Below, one piece after another: positions 7,895-16,868 of a DNA stretch of 30,388 bases. This DNA comes from Vicinamibacterales bacterium (GTDB lineage: Bacteria; Acidobacteriota; Vicinamibacteria; Vicinamibacterales; CAVVIG01). A model generated the notes under the pieces. The model did not search any database and had not been told where the DNA came from. It was given only the letters and a program-made list of their open reading frames with translations. The stretch's first letter is position 1. Every line of letters begins with the position of its first letter. The DNA is taken from NCBI GenBank assembly GCA_050250175.1, contig JBFWPD010000001.1:1-30388 (forward strand). Direction: 5' to 3'. The translations under genes were made by a program, and so were the position numbers.

Positions 7895-9670
7895 CTACTG
7901 GGTGCTCGCAACTGGCTTCAGGCGCTCCGATGCCTTCCGGTTTTCGAGCAGCTGCATCTGATACAGGAGCGCATAGGTCCCGGACGGCCGCGCCAACAGC
8001 TCGTCGTGACGGCCAATCTCCACGACACGGCCCCGTTCGAGAACGATGATGGCGTCGGCGCGGCGAATCGTCGACAGCCTGTGCGCGATCACGAAGGACG
8101 TGCGATTGAGCAGCAGGTTGGCGAGGGCGTTCTGCACCAGCAGTTCCGATTCAGCGTCGAGCGCCGACGTTGCTTCATCCAGAACGAGAATCGGCGCGTT
8201 CTTGAGCAACGCACGCGCGATCGCAATCCGCTGACGCTGACCGCCTGACAATCGCTGCCCCCGCTCGCCGATCAACGTCCCATACCCCTCGGGCAGATGC
8301 TGGATGAACTCGTGCGCATGCGCAGCACGTGCGGCCGCTTCGACCTCCTGCGGCGTCGCTCCATCCGCGCCGTACGCGATGTTCGCCGCGACGGTGTCGT
8401 CGAAGAGCACCGTCTCCTGCGTGACCATGCCGATCTGCTTCCGCAGCGACGCGAGCGTGACGTCACGCAGGTCCACTCCGTCGATCAGGATGCTGCCGGC
8501 GCTGACGTCGAAGAACCTGGGCAACAGATTGACGAGCGTCGTCTTGCCGGCACCGCTGCGTCCGACGATCGCGATCATCTGTCCGGCCCCGACCCTGAAC
8601 GACACGCCACGGAGAATCCGCGCGTGCGACTCGTCGTACCCGAAGGCCACCTCACGGAACTCGATGGCGCGCGTGAACGGCGCAAGAGCCTGTGCGCCAG
8701 ACCGCTCCCCCACCTCGGTGTGTGTATCGAGCATCTCGAAAATACGCTCGGCCGACGCGATGGCTTGCTGCAGGTTCGCGTTCACGCGACTGAGCTTCTT
8801 CGCCGGGCCGTACATCAGGAAGAGCGCCGCGATGAACGACGTGAACTCACCGGTCGTGAGCTGGCCCGCCGCGATCTCGCGCGTCCCGTACCAGAGGGCG
8901 CCGGCCATGCCGAACCCTCCGAGGAGCTCCATGAGCGGCGGCAACGTCGAGAGCGTTGCCGTCACTTTCATGTTCGTGCGGTACAGGTGCGCGCCCGCCT
9001 GACTGAACTTGGCGGTTTCCTTCTGCTCCGTGCCGAAGGCCTTGACGATGCGATGTCCCGCCAGCGTTTCCGCGCTGATGTGTGAGAGTCGCTCCCGGGC
9101 TTCCTGGCTGCGCCTCGTCGTCCTGCGCACTCGCTGCCCGAGCCGCACGAGCGGATAGACGACGAGAGGGGCGCTGATCAGACAGAACACGGCGAGCCGC
9201 GCGTCGTAGTAGAAGAGGAGCGCCGCAAAGCCGACAATAGCGAGCGATTCCCGCGCCAGATCGCCTGCGGTCTCCGACACGACCTGCTGAATCTGGCTCA
9301 CGTCGTCGTTGATCCGCGACATGAGCTGGCCTGTCGTCCGCGTCGCGAAGAAGCCGGCGGACTGTCCGAGCACATGGCGATACAGAGCGTTCCGGAGGTC
9401 GAGGACGACGCGCTGTCCGACGTCGGCCATCAGGTAGGACGAGACATACGAGCCGGCGCCCTTCAGCACGTAGGTGCCGACGATGAGCCAGGCGACGAGG
9501 CTGAGCTCCTGCTGGTTGGGAAGGACGCTGTCGAAGATTGGCTGGATCAGCGCCGCCAGACCGGCCGATCCGGCGGCATACATGAGCATCCCCAGGACGG
9601 CGAGGGCCAGGCGACCTCGATACGGTCGCGCATAGCCGAACAGCCGACGGAGCGGTGAGGGCTCATGCAC
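7895..9670 (-). CDS. MsbA-like ABC exporter (TMD-NBD half transporter)
   Basis: Six-TM N-terminal domain, Walker A GRSGAGKT, signature LSGGQRQR, Walker B LVLDEATSALD, IAHRLST. Substrate not determinable from sequence. Confidence 0.9.
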   Translation of the reverse strand: MHEPSPLRRLFGYARPYRGRLALAVLGMLMYAAGSAGLAALIQPIFDSVLPNQQELSLVAWLIVGTYVLKGAGSYVSSYLMADVGQRVVLDLRNALYRHVLGQSAGFFATRTTGQLMSRINDDVSQIQQVVSETAGDLARESLAIVGFAALLFYYDARLAVFCLISAPLVVYPLVRLGQRVRRTTRRSQEARERLSHISAETLAGHRIVKAFGTEQKETAKFSQAGAHLYRTNMKVTATLSTLPPLMELLGGFGMAGALWYGTREIAAGQLTTGEFTSFIAALFLMYGPAKKLSRVNANLQQAIASAERIFEMLDTHTEVGERSGAQALAPFTRAIEFREVAFGYDESHARILRGVSFRVGAGQMIAIVGRSGAGKTTLVNLLPRFFDVSAGSILIDGVDLRDVTLASLRKQIGMVTQETVLFDDTVAANIAYGADGATPQEVEAAARAAHAHEFIQHLPEGYGTLIGERGQRLSGGQRQRIAIARALLKNAPILVLDEATSALDAESELLVQNALANLLLNRTSFVIAHRLSTIRRADAIIVLERGRVVEIGRHDELLARPSGTYALLYQMQLLENRKASERLKPVASTQ

Positions 9671-10676
9671 GAGACGTCGCGGCTCCGTACCCTCCAGGAT
9701 GCGACTGCTGCCAGTCCCAGGCCGTGCGGACGATCGCCTCGAGATCCGTGAAGCGCGGCTGCCACCGGAGTTCGGTGTTCGCCTTGTGGGGCGCGGCGTA
9801 GAGGACGGCGGGGTCGCCCGGACGCCGCGGCGCCAGACTCGCGTGGATGGGACGTCCGCTCACCTGCTCGACCGCGCGAATCACTTCGCGAACCGAGTGC
9901 GGCTGGCCGGTGCCCAGGTTGTAGGCCGCCGATCGCTCCGTTTCGACGAGCGCCGCGAGCGCCTTCACGTGGGCGTCGGCCAGATCCGTCACGTGAACGT
10001 AGTCGCGCAGGCAGGTCCCGTCGGGCGTCGGATAGTCGTCGCCGAAGATCGACACCCCCGGTCCTCCCATGGCGGCCTCAATGGTACGGGGAATCACGTG
10101 GATCTCGGGCGAATGATCTTCGCCGAGCTCGCCCTCGGGATCGGCCCCCGCGGCGTTGAAGTACCGCAGGATCGTCGAGTGGATCCCGTAGGCCCGCTCG
10201 AAGTGAGGCAGCGCCCGCTCCACTGCCAGCTTGGTCTCGCCGTAGGCGTTGATGGGCCGCTGCGGATGGGTCTCGGCGATCGGCGTCTCGACAGGCTCGC
10301 CGAAGGTCGCGCACGTGGACGAGAAAACGAAGTGGCGCACCTTTTCGGCGGCCATCGCCGCCAGCACCCCGAGCGTTCCCAGGACGTTGTTGTTGTAGTA
10401 GCGCGCCGGTTCCCGCACCGACTCGGCCACGTCGAGCAGCGCGGCAAAATGCATGACGGCGGAGATCCGGTGCTTCCGCAGGGCGTCGCGCACCTGGTTC
10501 ACGTCGGCGATGTCGCCTTCGACGAGCTCTCCATACCGGACGGCAGGGCGATGTCCGGACGAGAGGTTGTCGAAGACGACTACACGATAGCCGCCGCGAC
10601 TGAGCGCCTTGCAGGCGTGGCTGCCGATGTAGCCGGCGCCGCCCGTCACAAGAACGACAGCCGGCTCAGCGTCCAA
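9663..10676 (-). CDS. galE: UDP-glucose 4-epimerase
   Basis: [14 protein letters not shown] (YxxxK), LRYFNAAGA and TCLRDYVHV motifs. Confidence 0.93.
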   Translation of the reverse strand: MDAEPAVVLVTGGAGYIGSHACKALSRGGYRVVVFDNLSSGHRPAVRYGELVEGDIADVNQVRDALRKHRISAVMHFAALLDVAESVREPARYYNNNVLGTLGVLAAMAAEKVRHFVFSSTCATFGEPVETPIAETHPQRPINAYGETKLAVERALPHFERAYGIHSTILRYFNAAGADPEGELGEDHSPEIHVIPRTIEAAMGGPGVSIFGDDYPTPDGTCLRDYVHVTDLADAHVKALAALVETERSAAYNLGTGQPHSVREVIRAVEQVSGRPIHASLAPRRPGDPAVLYAAPHKANTELRWQPRFTDLEAIVRTAWDWQQSHPGGYGAATSRA

Positions 10677-11961
10677 TGGAGAAGTACGTGAAGCCCAGCG
10701 CTTGCATGTGCTCGGGCGAATAGATGTTTCGACCGTCGAACACGACCGGCGCGCGCATCAACTGACGCATCCTGCCGTAGTCCGGCTCCCGGAACTCGTT
10801 CCACTCGGTGACAACGGCGAGCGCGTCGGCGCCTGACAGGGCTTCGTAGCTCCGCTCGGCAAGCTTGATGCGATCGCCGAAGATCCGGCGCGCGGTTTCC
10901 GTGGCTTCAGGGTCGTACGCGTTGACGCTTGCGCCCAGCTCCAGCAGCCTCTCGATGATCGAGATCGCGGGCGCCTCGCGCATGTCATCGGTGCGCGGCT
11001 TGAACGCGAGTCCCCACAGGGCGATCGTCTTTCCTCCCAGATCCGGGAAGTGCTGCTGCATCTTCTCGACGAGCCGCAGCTTCTGCCGGACGTTCACTTC
11101 CTCGACGGCCTTCAGGATCCGGAAGTCGTAGCCCTCGTCGCTCGACGACTTGACGAGTGCCTTGACGTCCTTCGGGAAGCAGCTGCCGCCGTACCCGACG
11201 CCTGGGAAGAGGAATGAGGTGCCAATCCGCCGATCGGACCCGATGGCCTTGCGCACCTGATCGACGTCCGCACCGACCCGCTCGCACACATTCGCGATCT
11301 CGTTCATGAAGGAAATGCGCGTCGCGAGAATCGAATTCGCCGCGTACTTGCTCAACTCGGCGCTGGCCGTGTCCATCATCATGATCGGCGCGCCGGTTCG
11401 CGTGAAGGGTCCGTAGAGCTCCCGCATGATCTCGGCCGAGCGCTGGTCGTCGCAGCCGATCACCACGCGATCCGGCTTCATGAAGTCGTCGATTGCGGCC
11501 CCCTGCTTCAGGAACTCGGGGTTGCTCACCACGCTGAAGGGGTGCGTCGTCTCGGACGCGATGGCCGCACGGACCTTCCTGGCGGTACCGACCGGGACGG
11601 TGCTCTTGTCGACGATCACGGTGTATTTCTCGAGGGCCTTGCCCACCGCGTGCGCCACGGCCAGGACGTGTCCGAGATCGGCTGACCCGTCTTCTCCCTG
11701 TGGCGTCCCGACGGCGATGAACACGATGTCGGAGGCCCGGACGGCGCCAGGCAAGTCGGTCGTAAAGCTCAGGCGCTCCTCGTCGAAGTTCCGCTTCACC
11801 ATTTCCTCGAGGCCAGGCTCGTAAATCGGCATCCGTCCGGCCTCGAGCATGGTGATCTTGGACTCGTCCTTGTCGACGCAAATCACTTCATTGCCGTTCT
11901 CGGCGAGGCAGGCGCCCAGCACGAGACCGACGTATCCGGTCCCCACGACGGCGATTTTCAT
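10666..11961 (-). CDS. ugd: UDP-glucose/GDP-mannose dehydrogenase family protein
   Basis: GTGYVG Rossmann motif, SNPEFLKQG, catalytic [21 protein letters not shown]. Confidence 0.92.
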   Translation of the reverse strand: MKIAVVGTGYVGLVLGACLAENGNEVICVDKDESKITMLEAGRMPIYEPGLEEMVKRNFDEERLSFTTDLPGAVRASDIVFIAVGTPQGEDGSADLGHVLAVAHAVGKALEKYTVIVDKSTVPVGTARKVRAAIASETTHPFSVVSNPEFLKQGAAIDDFMKPDRVVIGCDDQRSAEIMRELYGPFTRTGAPIMMMDTASAELSKYAANSILATRISFMNEIANVCERVGADVDQVRKAIGSDRRIGTSFLFPGVGYGGSCFPKDVKALVKSSSDEGYDFRILKAVEEVNVRQKLRLVEKMQQHFPDLGGKTIALWGLAFKPRTDDMREAPAISIIERLLELGASVNAYDPEATETARRIFGDRIKLAERSYEALSGADALAVVTEWNEFREPDYGRMRQLMRAPVVFDGRNIYSPEHMQALGFTYFSIGR

Positions 11962-11969
11962 AGCCCAAC

Positions 11970-12019
11970 AAGGTACTGATTTGGAAGGACTTACGCAAGA
12001 GCGACCCCTGTGGTAACGT
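11970..12019. promoter_or_regulatory. Back-to-back sigma70-like promoters (ugd and GT4 operons)
   Basis: Minus strand: TTGCGT (11998-11993), N17, TACCTT (11975-11970), N8, ATG. Plus strand: TTACGC (11991-11996), N17, TAACGT (12014-12019, with TGn extension), N6, GTG. Confidence 0.55.
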
Positions 12020-12025
12020 CCCTCC

Positions 12026-13186
12026 GTGCGTGTACTGATCGACTACAGAGCCGCTCTGAAGAGTCGGAGCGGCGTGGGCGAGTACACACACGGACTCGTC
12101 TCCGCGCTGGCGAGTCGCTTCCCCTCGAACGAAGGCCACCAACTCGACCTGACTATTTTTTCGAGCTCCTGGAAGGACCGGCTGGCAGTCGCTCCGGAGC
12201 TCCAGGGCGTGAGCGCGGTGGACCGGCGGATCCCTGTCGCAAGTCTCAACCTGGCATGGCATCGCCTCGGCTGGCCTCCAGCAGAAGTCGTGGCCGGCGC
12301 GCGCTTCGACGTCACGCATTCCCTGCACCCACTCGTTCTGCCCGCGCGGGCGGCCGCGCACGTGGTGACCGTCCACGATCTCAACTTTCTCGCTCATCCC
12401 GAACGGACCCGCGCCGAGATCCGGCGCGACTACCCGGCGCTCGCACGCGCGCACGCACATCGCGCCGATCGGGTCATCGTGGTCTCGCGTTTCACCGCGA
12501 GCGAAGTGGCAGGCCGGCTCGAGGTCCCGGCTGGGCGAATCTCGGTCTGCTCGCCGGGGGCTCCCGCGTGGAGTCCGCGACCGGACGCACCTGTGAACGG
12601 CTATGTCCTCTTTCTTGGTACGCTCGAGCCTCGCAAGAATCTCGGGACGCTGCTCGACGCCTGGGCCCGTCTCGTCGCGGCGGCGAACGGCACCCGGACA
12701 ATGCCCGAGCTGGTCCTGGCCGGCCAGGCACCTCCCGAAGCCGGTCCGCTGCTCGACCGATTGAACCGGCAGCCCCTCGCGGGTCGCGTGAGACACATCG
12801 GGTATGTGCCACCGGATGAGCGGCGCGCCCTGTACGACGGGGCGCGTCTGCTGGTGCAACCGAGCTTCGAGGAGGGCTTTGGCCTTCCGGTACTCGAGGC
12901 CATGACTCTTGGCGTCCCGGTCGTGGCGGCAAACCGCGGAGCGCTGCCCGAGGTCCTCGGCGATGCGGGACTCCTCGTCAATCCTGTCGATGACAAGGAG
13001 ATGGCAGCGGCCATCAGCAGGCTCCTGAGCGACGACAGTCTGGCGACGTCGTGCCGGACGCGCGGGTTCGCACAGGCCGCGCGATACCGGTGGAGTGACA
13101 CGGCCGATCGTGTCTATGAAGCCTACCGGATCGCCATCGAGGAGCGCGCGCGGCGGCTCGGCCAGGATCGATGCGCATCGGCATAG
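12026..13186 (+). CDS. Glycosyltransferase family 4 (GT-B)
   Basis: LGTLEPRKN and [14 protein letters not shown] (Ex7E) motifs. Confidence 0.92.
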   Translation: MRVLIDYRAALKSRSGVGEYTHGLVSALASRFPSNEGHQLDLTIFSSSWKDRLAVAPELQGVSAVDRRIPVASLNLAWHRLGWPPAEVVAGARFDVTHSLHPLVLPARAAAHVVTVHDLNFLAHPERTRAEIRRDYPALARAHAHRADRVIVVSRFTASEVAGRLEVPAGRISVCSPGAPAWSPRPDAPVNGYVLFLGTLEPRKNLGTLLDAWARLVAAANGTRTMPELVLAGQAPPEAGPLLDRLNRQPLAGRVRHIGYVPPDERRALYDGARLLVQPSFEEGFGLPVLEAMTLGVPVVAANRGALPEVLGDAGLLVNPVDDKEMAAAISRLLSDDSLATSCRTRGFAQAARYRWSDTADRVYEAYRIAIEERARRLGQDRCASA

Positions 13187-14256
13187 ACGCCCGGGAGATC
13201 TGCGGGCAGTCGACGGGCGTCGGACGCTGGCTGGGGATGCTGCTTCGCGAGTGGCTCTCCGCCGTGCCGCCCCTGTCACATGAACTGATCCTGTATGCCC
13301 CGGAAGCGGTGTCTCTACCCACGTCGGCTTCACCCGTCACGCAGCGGATCGTGCCTGGCGGACGAGGAACGGTCTGGGAGCAGATGGCTCTCCCGCGTGC
13401 GGCAGCAAAGGACGCGCTCGACGTGTTCTTCGCGCCCGCCTACACCGCGCCTCTCCAGCTGAAGGCACCGGCCGTCGCACTCATCCACGACGTCTCGTTC
13501 ACGGCCCACCCTGAATGGTTCACTCCACGCGAGGGCGTGCGCCGGCGGCTGCTGACCGAGCGCACGGCGCACATGGCCTGCGCGGTCGTCACCGTCTCGG
13601 AATTTTCGCGTCGCGAGATCGTCGACTTGCTCGGAGTGGACGCCGGGAAGGTGCACGTCGTGCTGCCCGGGATCGAGCCATTGCCGTTACCGGCGAGCGC
13701 TCGGGAGGCGAGGGAGCCTCGAGTGCTCTATGTCGGGTCGATCTTCAATCGCCGCCGCATTCCGGCGCTGATCCGGGCCTTTGGCGGCGTGGCGCTGCGG
13801 CACCGCCGCGCGTCGCTCGACATTGTCGGCGACAATCGCACGTATCCCTTCCAGGACGTGCGCCAGTGCATCGCCCACGAAGAGCTCGACGATCGCGTAC
13901 GCTGGCATCAGTACGTCACTGACGATCAGCTCGCGGGCTTGTACCACTCGGCGAGGGCCTTCGCGTTCCTCTCTGAATATGAAGGGCTCGGCATGACGCC
14001 ACTCGAGGCACTGGCGTCCGGCGTGCCACCGCTGCTCCTGGACACCGCTGTCGCGAGGGAGAGCTGCGGCGATGCCGCGCTCTACGTCCCACCCGACGAC
14101 ACACGCGCGGCCGGCGACTGCCTGGACCGCCTCCTCTTCGACGAGGCGACCCGGGGACAGGTGCTCTCGGCAGCGCCGGGCACACTGGGACGCTACAGCT
14201 GGCCGCGCGCCGCGCGTGAGGTGATGTCGCTCCTCGAGGGCTGCGCAACACGATGA
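13171..14256 (+). CDS. Glycosyltransferase family 4 (GT-B)
   Basis: MRIGIDA start, VVTVSEFS, LSEYEGLGMTPLEA (Ex7E) motif. Confidence 0.9.
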   Translation: MRIGIDAREICGQSTGVGRWLGMLLREWLSAVPPLSHELILYAPEAVSLPTSASPVTQRIVPGGRGTVWEQMALPRAAAKDALDVFFAPAYTAPLQLKAPAVALIHDVSFTAHPEWFTPREGVRRRLLTERTAHMACAVVTVSEFSRREIVDLLGVDAGKVHVVLPGIEPLPLPASAREAREPRVLYVGSIFNRRRIPALIRAFGGVALRHRRASLDIVGDNRTYPFQDVRQCIAHEELDDRVRWHQYVTDDQLAGLYHSARAFAFLSEYEGLGMTPLEALASGVPPLLLDTAVARESCGDAALYVPPDDTRAAGDCLDRLLFDEATRGQVLSAAPGTLGRYSWPRAAREVMSLLEGCATR

Positions 14257-15059
14257 CGACACCAGCGTTGTCGATCGTCATCGTGAGCTACAACGCACGG
14301 CAGGTGCTCGAGGGCTGCCTCCAGTCGCTCTCTGATGCGCCGCCGTCGATCAGTCACGAGATCGTCGTCGTGGACAACGCCTCGAGCGACGGCAGCCCGG
14401 AGGCCGCAGGGCGATGGTCCTCAGTACGAGTAATCCCGGCAGGGAGCAACCTCGGGTTCTCCGCAGCCAGCAACCTCGGGATTCGCGCGACGACCGGCGA
14501 CCTCCTGCTTCTCCTGAACAGCGACACCGTCGTCCCCCCGGGCGCCATCGACGCGCTCGTTGCGACTCTGCGGCAGCATCCCGATGTTGCCGTGGTCGGT
14601 CCGCGCCTCCTGAACGGCGACCGGCAGCCCGAGCTGTCGTTTGGCCGGATGATCAGCCCGTTGAGCGAGTTCCAGCAGCGACGGCTGATGAAAGCCGTCG
14701 AACGCGGAGACGCGCTCACGCTCAGCCGTATCGACACCATGACGCGCGAAGAACAACGTCCCGACTGGGTGAGCGGCGCGTGCCTGCTCGTCCGGCGCGC
14801 CGACGCGGAAGCCGTCGGCCTGCTCGACGAGCGCTATTTCATGTATACGGAAGACGTCGACTTCTGCGCGGCCATCCGGGCGCGCGGGCGGCACATTCTC
14901 TTCTCGCCGGAGATCGAAGTCGTCCATCTCAAGGGTCGATCGGTGGCCAGCGCTCCTGAAGCGACGCGGGCTGCCTACGAACGCAGTCACCTGGCGTTCT
15001 ACGAGAAGCACCATCCCCGCCTGGTCCCCTTCCTCCGCCTGTTCCGCCGTCTGACGTAG
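14253..15059 (+). CDS. Glycosyltransferase family 2 (rhamnosyltransferase-like, GT-A)
   Basis: IVIVSYN, VVDNASSDGS, LLLLNSD, WVSGACLLVRR and YFMYTEDVD motifs. Confidence 0.9.
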   Translation: MTTPALSIVIVSYNARQVLEGCLQSLSDAPPSISHEIVVVDNASSDGSPEAAGRWSSVRVIPAGSNLGFSAASNLGIRATTGDLLLLLNSDTVVPPGAIDALVATLRQHPDVAVVGPRLLNGDRQPELSFGRMISPLSEFQQRRLMKAVERGDALTLSRIDTMTREEQRPDWVSGACLLVRRADAEAVGLLDERYFMYTEDVDFCAAIRARGRHILFSPEIEVVHLKGRSVASAPEATRAAYERSHLAFYEKHHPRLVPFLRLFRRLT

Positions 15060-15282
15060 CGCTACCCGGCCTCACAGGCGACACGAATCTCGGGGCAGGC
15101 TAAACTCATCAGTAGCACCGAGCTCACGACGTTGGTGCCGTCTATCTGATGGGCGCGGAATAGAATCAGCCCCTCTTACTTCGCGCCTCGACGCAGTCTG
15201 GTTGTGCTAAACGCCTGCTGGCATGGTGCGCTCGCGGCTGAATCGCCGCGCACAGTGCGCCATACCGTAGGGAAAGGGATCG

Positions 15283-16353
15283 ATGTCACGCTGGTTGAAG
15301 TGGGCCGCGCTTGTAGTCGTTGCACTCGTCGTGCTGTTGGGAATTGCCGCGGTTGCTGTCGTCGGCATTCGTCCGTTCATCGGGCCGCGGGCGAGGCCGC
15401 TCACTGACCGCACCTTCGAAGTCACTGCGGCCCGCCTGGCGAGAGGCGAGTACCTGGCCAACTCCGTCGCCGGCTGTCTCGCGTGTCATTCGGAACTCGA
15501 CTGGGACGCTCCGGGATTCCCCGTCAGAACCGGCACTGAGGGTGGCGGGCACAACTGGGCCGACGAGGACCTCCCATGGATCACGGCCGCCAACCTGACG
15601 CCTGACACCAACACCGGTATCGGCGCGTTGAGCGACGATCAGGTCGCGCGCGCGATCCGCGAAGGCATTCACCGATCGGGCCGCGCGCTCTTTCCCATCA
15701 TGCCCTACGGGCAATACAAGTACATGTCCGACGAGGATCTCGCATCCATCGTCGTTTATCTCCGCACGCTCGAGCCACTGGCGACGAATCTGCCCCCGAC
15801 CGAGATCCCCTTTCCTCTCAGCCGGTTGATCAACAACGTGCCTGAGCCGATCACGGAGCCGATTCCCGAACCCGATCGCGGTAATCGCGTCGAGTACGGT
15901 GACTATCTCGTGCGGCTCGGCGTCTGCCGCGACTGCCATACGCCGATGGACGCTCAGGGCAACTCGCTGACCGAGCTCGATCTGGCTGGGGGCAACGTCT
16001 TCACCGGCCCCTTCGGCAGAGTCTCGAGCGTGAACATCACGCCTGATCCGAGCGGGATTCCGTACTACGACGAGCAGATCTTCATCACGATGATGCGGAC
16101 GGGCATGGTCGGCGCCCGCAAGATCCACGACCGGATGCCCTGGAAGATCTTCGGCACGCAGACGGACGAAGACCTGTCGGCCATCTTTGCGTATCTGCAG
16201 ACGATTCCCGCGGTGGACCACCGCATCGACAACACGCAGCCGCCCACGCTCTGTCCCCGCTGCGGACTCGAACACGGCGCGGGCGATCAGAACGAGCCGC
16301 TCGAGACGGCTGTGGCGCACGACGACGCGCCGCTGCTTGCGCAGGGTCAGTGA
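15283..16353 (+). CDS. Membrane-anchored or exported dihaem c-type cytochrome
   Basis: N-terminal hydrophobic segment, two CxxCH motifs (CLACH, CRDCH), paired NLTPD/NITPD and IMPY/RMPW half-repeats. Confidence 0.85.
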   Translation: MSRWLKWAALVVVALVVLLGIAAVAVVGIRPFIGPRARPLTDRTFEVTAARLARGEYLANSVAGCLACHSELDWDAPGFPVRTGTEGGGHNWADEDLPWITAANLTPDTNTGIGALSDDQVARAIREGIHRSGRALFPIMPYGQYKYMSDEDLASIVVYLRTLEPLATNLPPTEIPFPLSRLINNVPEPITEPIPEPDRGNRVEYGDYLVRLGVCRDCHTPMDAQGNSLTELDLAGGNVFTGPFGRVSSVNITPDPSGIPYYDEQIFITMMRTGMVGARKIHDRMPWKIFGTQTDEDLSAIFAYLQTIPAVDHRIDNTQPPTLCPRCGLEHGAGDQNEPLETAVAHDDAPLLAQGQ

Positions 16354-16724
16354 ACCGTGCTGGATGCCGCTGGAGCCGGTGACGCCAGCACGCGGCGGAT
16401 CATCTGCTCGAGCGCGCTCTGCTCCATGTCAATCGGACCGGCCACTGCGGCCCCCATCGTGATCTCGATCGCGATGACCACGCCGCCTCCCTCGTACGGG
16501 TTGACGATCCAGCTGAGACCGCGAAGCGCGATGTGACGCTCGGCGTCCCCGGGATGTTTCATGCGGTGCATGGCATGCAGCATCCCCTCGAGCACGGTCC
16601 GGACGTCATCGTCCGTCCAGGCGCGGGGCTCTCGTTGCAGGCCGCCAATCGATTCGGTGGTGGCGTGATGATCGCCGCGGAGCCAGACGTCAACAGGCAA
16701 TGTCATGGGAGGGACTGTAATCAT
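16347..16724 (-). CDS. Hypothetical protein (~120 aa); start may be 16706
   Basis: Protein-like composition with a plausible beta-alpha-beta pattern (VDVWLRG, WTDDDVRTVLEGML, LSWIVNPY, VVIAIEI); fills the gap between cytochrome c and the repeat. No family recognised. Confidence 0.65.
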   Translation of the reverse strand: MITVPPMTLPVDVWLRGDHHATTESIGGLQREPRAWTDDDVRTVLEGMLHAMHRMKHPGDAERHIALRGLSWIVNPYEGGGVVIAIEITMGAAVAGPIDMEQSALEQMIRRVLASPAPAASSTVH

Positions 16725-16868
16725 GAATTAGGTATTGGGAATTGGGAATTCAAGAGGAGCTTCACGCCCGGGGCTCGACGATCTCATTTCAACGTTCAGC
16801 CCAATATCCATTTTCAGCATTCATTCCAACATTCCATTCTCAATTCCCAAGTGCCTAACTCCTAATCT
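16725..16868. repeat. Degenerate heptamer arrays (GGGAATT / AATTCCC type) in inverted orientation
   Basis: Left: gaattag gtattgg gaattgg gaatt (16725-16750). Right: ccattct caattcc caagtgc ctaactc ctaatct (16834-16868), with more degenerate TTCAGCA/ATTCC units from about 16810. Arms are imperfectly complementary. Confidence 0.8.

Noticed and set aside
7745-8248. ORFs reading through the heptamer array (e.g. GFGLRASGFRLQAS, 7745-8248 + and 6793-8049 +)
   Set aside because: Low-complexity translations of the repeat lying antisense to yicC and the ABC transporter; no independent coding evidence.
15081-15087. Single ACACGAA unit after the GT2 stop (also CACGAA at 22811)
   Set aside because: Isolated hexamers are expected several times per strand in 30 kb; no tandem or inverted partner.
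15215-15240. Possible sigma54 promoter (TGGCATGGTGCGC) upstream of the cytochrome
   Set aside because: GG-to-GC spacing is 8 nt rather than the required 10.
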